Origin: Acidimicrobiales bacterium
GTDB lineage: Bacteria; Actinomycetota; Acidimicrobiia; Acidimicrobiales; Acidimicrobilacustridaceae
Direction of reading: 5' to 3'
Assembly (NCBI GenBank): GCA_018401565.1
Contig: JAGYKS010000021.1
Span: forward strand, 29,307-93,306
DNA length: 64,000 bases
The translations under genes were made by a program, and so were the position numbers. Below are positions 57,623 through 64,000 of the stretch, one piece after another; the stretch's first letter is position 1; each line of letters begins with the position of its first letter. The notes under the pieces were generated by a model. It did no database searches and had not been told where the DNA came from. It worked only from the letters and a program-made list of their open reading frames with translations.

Positions 57623-58815
57623 TCAGGTACCGGATCCGACGACATCGGACCACCGGGCGATCAACTGGTGAGCAGCGGCGAGACCCGACTGCGCCGCTGA
57701 CTGAACCCGGGGACCGCCGAACCCGTCACCGGCGACCACCAGCGGTCCGGCCCCCTCCACATCGGTGACCAGACAAGGTCCGGGGTCAGCGGTGGCTACC
57801 CGCGCGTAGCGCCAGCGCACCAGTTGGGAGGCCACCACCCCACGACCGGCACCGGGATGCCCCGGCAGCTGGCCCACGGCGTCGAGCACTGCGGCGATGA
57901 CATCATCAGCGTCGTCATCGAACATGGCGACGCTGGCGTCAATGGTGCAATGCACGGTGAGGGCAGGAACCTCCGAAATGCCCTTGAGTTGGTTGTCGGC
58001 CACCCATGCCACAATTCCCGCAGAGTCACCAGCGCCGTCACCCCGCGTACCACTGCCGACACCACTGCCGTCACCACTGCCGTCACCCTGGCGCCACCAG
58101 CCCGGCGAGGTCATGCCACTGGGGCCATCGAGCACCGCCAGCACGGCCAGACATGGGTCGTAGGTCACCGCCGCCAGTCGCCGGGTCACATCGGCACCCA
58201 ACACGACACCGCCAGCGTCGAGGATGGCGAGAGCCTGGGGCACCGGCGCAGTGACAACCACAGCATCAGCATCGAGGGCGACCTCGTCTTCCCGAGTGCC
58301 CGGCTCACTGCGGGTGCCCAGCTCACCTGCCCGGGTGCCCGGCTCACCGCCGCCAGCGCCCCCGGCCAGCACCGTCACCCGCCACGGGGAGGCATCGCCA
58401 GGGGACACTGCCGTCACCGCCGTGGACACCCGCACATCACCTCCTCGGGCAAGGTGCTTGGCCACTGCGGTCATCGACGGCACCCCCCGCCATGCCGATC
58501 CGCCGTTATCGAACCACGAACTGACCACTCCCGATGATTCCCAACCCTGCACCTCGGTGGTGAACCACGGTGGTCGTGCAGTGAAGTACTGGGCGCCATG
58601 GTCGAACACCGCACCGCCAAACCGTCGGGTGGCCATGCGGCCGCCCACCCCCTGCCCTTGTCCACCACCACCACGTCAACTCCGGCTGATGTCAGTTGGC
58701 GGGCACACATCAGGCCGGCAATGCCGGCACCCACCACCACCACCCGGGGACGGGCCCGTGCCTGCCCCGCAGCGACTGTGCCCCCATCACCCAAACGCCC
58801 GTCAGGATCAACCAT
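57623..58815 (-). pseudogene. FAD-dependent oxidoreductase (renalase/amine-oxidase-like), frame broken near 58650; carries low-complexity inserts
   Basis: ORF 58471..58815: RVVVVGAGIAGLMCARQLTSAGVDVVVVDKGRG is the dinucleotide fold. It continues in ORF 57623..58648: GGRMATRRFGGAVFDHGAQYFTA...VVAGDGFGGPRVQSAAQSGLAAA. The inserts are GEPGTRAGELGTRSEPGTRED and GDGSGDGSGVGSGTRGDGAGDS. Confidence 0.7.
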
Positions 58816-58873
58816 GGCGGAACACTACCGGGCGCCCGGTGGGCATCGACCGACGCATTCGTAGACTGGATGC

Positions 58874-59996
58874 ATGGACAGCAACGCGAACCGCAGCACC
58901 GATCGCAACACCGCAGACGCCACGGGCAACGACGGCGCGGGCGTTGCCGAGCGTGACCCAGCCTCCGATCCAGTGCTCCAAACCGTCCCACTGGGTGCGC
59001 AATGGCCGATGGTCGATCCGTTTTTGTTCTGCGCCCATCACAACGATCACTACCCCGCTGGTACCGCAGCGCTGGGGCCGGTCACTGGAGTGGCGGGCCG
59101 GAACATCGGTTCGGACTTCTCTGGACGTGACGGTTGGAGCATGTACCACGGCAGTGTCGTCCCGGGGTTCCCCGCCCATCCCCACCGGGGTTTTGAAACC
59201 ATCACCTTTGCGCGACAAGGTCTGATCGACCATGCCGACTCCCTCGGCGCGGCTGCACGATTCGGACGAGGCGACGTGCAGTGGGTCACCGCCGGAGCAG
59301 GAATCTCCCACTCCGAGATGTTCCCCCTTCTCGACAGCGACGGCCCCAACCCCGTCGAACTGTTTCAGATCTGGCTCAATCTCCCGGCCGCATCCAAGAT
59401 GGTGGATCCGTTTTTCACCATGCTGTGGTCCGAGGACATCCCCACCGTCACCTTCACCGACGATGAACAACGTTCGGTGACGGCAACAGTGATCGCCGGC
59501 GCCCTTGCCGGAGCCACTCCGCCACCGCCGCCACCATCGTCGTGGGCGAGTCGACCCGAGGCCGACATCAGCATCTGGCACCTCCGGTTCGACGCTGACG
59601 CCCGCTGGCAACTGCCTGCGGCATCGGGCGACGAGACGGTGCGCACGATCTACGTGTTCGCTGGGAGTTCGCTTCAAATCGGTGACCACACGTTGCCTGC
59701 CGGTACCGGCGCCCTCGTGGATGCATCACGACCGCGTTGAGCTTCAGGCCGGCGACCAGGGAGTGGAGCTCCTCGTCCTGCAGGGTCGCCCCATCGGAGA
59801 GCCGGTTGCCCGCTACGGCCCGTTCGTGATGAACACCCGAGCTGAAATTGAGCAGGCGTTCCGGGATTACGAACGAACGCAGTTTGGGCCGTGGCCGTGG
59901 CCAGCTTCAGATCCAGTCCACGGGACCGACAAGCGGCGGTTTGCCCGTCATGCTGACGACCGGGTTGAAGAACGGGCCGTCACCCCGGCCACCTGA
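58874..59996 (+). pseudogene. Pirin family protein, frame broken near 59725
   Basis: ORF 58874..59740: ...GFPAHPHRGFETITFARQGLIDHADSLGAAARFGRGDVQWVTAGAGISHSEM is the cupin metal site. It continues in ORF 59505..59996: ...[42 protein letters not shown]. Confidence 0.75.
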
Positions 59997-60028
59997 TCAG
60001 GCGACAGGCCCCACAGGGCCCCGGGGGA

Positions 60029-61949
60029 TCAGACAGGCAGCGGCGGCACGATGACGGTAGGGAGCGTGACCGCCGGGTCCCAGGCCTGCGGGTGGAGACG
60101 AGGCAATAGAGGAACAGCGCCATCTGGAAACGGGTCACCACGCCACCAGGATTGATGTGGTCGGGTCATTTCTCATCCCGGTGGTGATGCCGTTGGCTGA
60201 AAGCCAGGCTACCGCGCCGGAACTGCAGAGCGGCGCCGGAGGTCGGTCGGTGAAGGCCGGGTGGGGTGAACCCGTGGGCTGTCCAGCCACCCGCCACAAA
60301 AACAGCGCCATCTCTCCGCGGGTCAACGCCCGGTCGGGAGCGAACGCAGACGTGCCATTCACACCGGTGGTGACGTTGCTGGCCTTGAGCCAACACACGG
60401 CCCGGGAAAAGAACGCCGACGACCTGACGTCGGTAAACCCGCAGTCTGCTGGTGCGTTGCGACGATCCATCATCCGCCACACAAACGCTGCCATAAGGCC
60501 GCGGATCACGGCGGCGCCGGGTCCGAGGACGGCGGCTCTTCCCCCCAGCCCTCCACACCGTGACGCCCAAGGTGACGGCACTGTCGCCCGACGGTGAAGG
60601 CAGCCCAAGGACCTGATTGGCCGTGGCGAAGCGATACGGCAACAGCCATGACCAGACTCGACATCAGGCGTCGGTGCTGACGCGCGGCGGCCTGGCCGCA
60701 GAAACGACAAAGGGTTCCTGGGAACCAGTTGTGGTACCCAAGAACCCCATGTCGAACGCTCTAGTGCTCTATGTCACAGCCCGCACGGAACGGGCCAGAA
60801 ACTTGTGCTCAGCCGTCCCTGCCACTGCGCAGGTGCAGACGGCGGGGGCGCAGGAGCTGGAGACCAACACCCACACCGAGAGCCACGACCACCAGCATTG
60901 CGATGCCGTTGCCGACGGCGGGGGCGCTGCTGGCGGGCGGGGTCAGGGCCTGACCTGCGACCAGCGCTGCCGACAGCGAAGCCGGACCGAGGTCACCTTC
61001 GGCCTAGAGCGAAGCGCTGCAGGAAGGTCACCGCCTGGGCACGGGTCACATTGTCGAGGGGAATGAACAGCGCCGCAGGGGAGCCGGGAGTTCCGCCAGG
61101 GCCTGTGGCGATGCCATTCTGCACGGCCCAGTTCACAGCGGTGATAGTAGAAGGCGGTCAAGCGGCACGTCGGCAAAGCCGGCGCTCGGAGCACCCGTCG
61201 GAGCGCCACCCATACGCCACATCATGGTGACGTACTGCGAGCGGTTGACGATCCGGTTGGGGGCGAAAGTGGTGGACGCAGTGCCCGGCGTACCACCAAC
61301 ACCGGTGGTGATCTTGGGAGACTGGCTCACGGCCCAGCAGACTGCCTGGGCGTAGTAGGCACTCGAGGACACGTCGGTGAAACCCACAGAGAGGTGGCAG
61401 CAGATGGCTCACCGGCGAGACGCCACATGAACGTCACGGCCTCAGCCCTGGTGGTCAGACCCGACGGCTCAAATCGGTCGGTACCGCCAACACCGGTCGT
61501 GATCCCACGGGCCAGTGCCCACTCTGGCTGACTCAGTGAACCAGGTGCCGTTCGGCACGTCGTCGAAGGTGTTGACCAGCACCACCACCTGAAAGGTGGT
61601 CTCTGTGGTCCCACAGTAGGCCGTGTAGGTCCGGGTCGCTGCGTTGCTGGAGGCCGACATCACAAAGACGCCGTCCACGCACCAGCAGTCTCCGTGGCGG
61701 TTGCCACTACTGCAGTGCTGGGAGACGGACCGACCACCGAGATGTTGCCATCACAGTCCTGAGACATTCCAGGCTGCACCGGTGAGGCCCACCGACGTGC
61801 CAGGGGCTGCGGCTCCGGGATTGGCGACGACAGTTCCACCGCCGGTGTACGACGGCTGAGCGGAGGCCGACGTGAGCGCTGCCCACCACCATGAGAGCGG
61901 CCAAAACCGCACCCGCCAGAACTCGACTACCACGACGCACCTTTACCAC
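60029..61949 (-). pseudogene. Secreted protein with at least 4 SLH-like repeats, heavily frame-disrupted
   Basis: The signal-like start is (V)KVRRGSRVLAGAVLAALMVVGSA at 61949. SLH-like segments are scattered over several frames: FDDVPNGTWFTES...ARGITTGVGGTDRFEPSGLTTRAEAVTFMWRLAG; GFTDVSSSAYYAQAVCWAV...TTGVGG...FAPNRIVNRSQYVTMMWRMGG; CGFTDVRSSAFFSRAVCWLKASNVTTGVNGTSAFAPDRALTRGEMALFLWRVAG; AVAWLSANGITTG; VTRFQMALFLY. The 3' end is tentative (TGA at 60029-31). Confidence 0.5.
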
Positions 61950-62055
61950 GGTCCACTCCCCTGATTCGACGGCCCGAACACCCGGACACCCACACCTTAC
62001 TCACATACCACTGCAACAATCAACGCGCTATCCATCAACAAGCATGGACCTTCAA

Positions 62056-64000
62056 TTACTCAGGTCCCGCCCACCGAAGGATAGCGCTGAATCCTTCCGC
62101 AGCGGTGCCACTGCGTTCGAGCCCCTCGTCAGGAGCGGGCACCCCGGCGAAACGGGCGTTGAGCTGCAGGGTCGGTGGGATGACAAGCGGCTGGGGCCGC
62201 CAGGTAAAGCGATAGTCACCGGGGTCAAGCTGTCCGGCAAGTGTCCACCGCAGCGTGACGCTCTGGCCGGCAGGGATTCTCACCGGTGTGGACCAGATTC
62301 TCCAACCGCCCTCAGACTGCAACTCAACCCCAACCTCCACACCATCGATCTCGAGCTGTTCCATCAACAGCGGGGTGTACAAAGACACGTAGGTATCCGC
62401 CGTTCCCACCGCAAGCCCCGACTCGTTGCCCAGAACCACCGGTGGAAGGTCAAGCTGGGCGGTGTTGGTCAACACCACGGTGGCCTCAGAAACAATCCTC
62501 CCGGACACGGGATTGAAGGTGGCGTCGTAGGACACCTCCCGCTCGATGTAGGTATCGATCTTGTTGGGGGCAGCATTGGCCAACCCGACAAACATGAAGT
62601 CCTGCCCCTCGTTGGGTGGCAGCGCCCCGTCAATTCCCAGGTTGGCAAAGAAGCTCTCCTCGTCGGGAATCGATGACCACATCACCAGTCGCCCCTGGGC
62701 GGCCACGTCCCCCATGGCGTCGGCCAGGGCGCCCGGACCGGGCAGCGCGCCGTCGGTCAGGCCATCAACCGCCCCTTCGATGGCCTCGGCAAACACCTCG
62801 TCTTGAGTCGGCTCGTCGAGGGTGTACAGATCCACCAGCAAAAAGCGGCTGAGTTCCTCACCCGTAAACGTGCGGCCCAACGTGGGAATGTTCACCGGGC
62901 CGCCCACGTCGACCAGTGCGCCAAGAGCGATCGGGTCAAGGGCCATCACCCCCTCCACCGGTCGACCGGTTGACTGCTGGTAGAACGACGACGCCACACG
63001 GGCCGCTGTGGGGAAGTCGGGACTGGCCGAAGAGTTCTGGAAATAGACATTGGGCGTGTAGCGGCCGTAGCGCGCGAAGTAGTCCTCGGAGGCGTCTACC
63101 TGCCGGACGTCGACCGCAAGTTGGCCGTTGAGGTCGGCAGCACCGCCGTCCTCGACGACATCGAACGATCCGTCCACCGCCTCGATGACGGCCCAGTTGC
63201 CGACGAACCCCCAACATTCGGCTCTCAGCCGGTGTGGTGATCATCATCAGCCATCGCCGGGGCCCGTCTCCGCCAGCCATTGCCGGGAGGACTGTGGCCC
63301 CTTCCAACGCAAGCTCGGTGGGTGGCAGAGCCTCGGCCACCGAGCCCTCCAGCTCGTCAAGACGTTGGGCGAGGGGCGCCACCAGCCATGGAGACGCCAG
63401 CGACGCCAGGTCTGCGGTGGCCACGGACAAAGCATCCACCGCCTCCTGCAGCGGGGTCACGAGTTCGGACACTGCGGCGGTGTCCACCCTGCCGTCCACC
63501 GGCCGCAGCCCGTCGCGCTCGACCAGGGCCGCTCCGTCGGCGGCGGTGTTGGCCAGATCCCGGGCGGTGGTGGTGGCCACCGCTATCGCCCGCTGCTGCT
63601 GAGCCACGATCGGCACCAGGCGCACCGGGGCAAGCAGAGGGCTTGCAACCAGACGTGACGCTCCTGAGAGGTCCTCTGAGGCCGACCTGAACAGCTCAGC
63701 GGCGTTTCGTTCGTCGGTGCCAGCTGCAGCCACACCGTCGCGGGCTTTGGCCACCCCCGACGTGACGTTGGAGTAACTGGCCACCACCGCCAAGACCGAA
63801 TAGCGCCGTGAATCCCAACGCCACCGCGGCTGAAACCCATGCCACCGGGCCACAGGCCGCCGCCAGCTCCGGCGAGCGTTGCGCCATCCCGACACCACGA
63901 CCAATCCCATGGCCAACGCCGCCACAGCAGCTGAGGCACCGACCGGCGCCCACGACCATTCCTCGATGCGAACCAACGCCTGCACCGACAACGCCGCCGC
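62056..64000 (-). pseudogene. DUF4012 domain membrane protein (cell-envelope polysaccharide-cluster associated), frame broken at a G5 run near 63207-63211; the 5' end may extend past the window
   Basis: ORF 62936..63991: TM WAPVGASAAVAALAMGLVVVSGW ...RRWLMMITTPAESRML. It then continues in the frame of ORF 62056..63177: GFVGNWAVIEAVDGSFDVVEDGGAADLN...PDFPTAARVASSFYQQSTGRPVEGVMALDPIALGALV..., which resembles DUF4012. Removing one G from tgttgggggttcg restores AESRMLGFVGNW. Confidence 0.65.

Overview
High-GC (roughly 68-70% by eye), gene-dense chromosomal segment of actinobacterial type. It has a mycobacterial-style imuA'-imuB-dnaE2 cassette with TCGAAC-N4-GTTCGA SOS boxes and divergent gpsA/fbiD synteny. 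I saw no rRNA, tRNA, CRISPR array, transposase or integrase.

Gene content, left to right:
- SOS mutasome cassette, with dnaE2 truncated at the left edge.
- Housekeeping and redox genes: Nfu-like protein, acyl-CoA dehydrogenase, Tat-lipoprotein multicopper oxidase, rnhB, rpiB.
- Two tandem GAF-ANTAR regulators, the second convergent on a DUF427 gene.
- Class III adenylate cyclase with a long coiled-coil tail.
- gpsA, fbiD/cofC, a PIG-L deacetylase, a WS/DGAT acyltransferase and PhoH2.
- A sugar-type ABC transporter in the order C-A-E-B.
- A divergent six-gene locus of unclear function at 25.6-31.1 kb. One arm is an acetolactate-decarboxylase-wHTH fusion, an output-less dCache-HAMP sensor and a LivK-type lipoprotein. 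The other arm is a ParA/MinD-like ATPase plus two orphan proteins.
- FGGY kinase and saccharopine dehydrogenase.
- A sulfatase/FGE/TetR cluster.
- SDR, carotenoid-oxygenase and thiolase genes, then a DUF2252 gene.
- From about 46.7 kb to the right edge, a cell-envelope cluster. Secreted hydrolases carry a reshuffled triple SLH-like cassette, next to the pyruvyl transferase csaB, a GT4 glycosyltransferase and a DUF4012 protein.

A striking global feature is the number of conserved genes split across reading frames by apparent 1-nt indels: at least about 25 events, about 4-fold denser in the SLH/CsaB cluster. This means either indel-prone assembly or genuine decay.

All calls come from reading the supplied translations and the sequence by eye. 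No searches were run, and identities and percentages are visual estimates.
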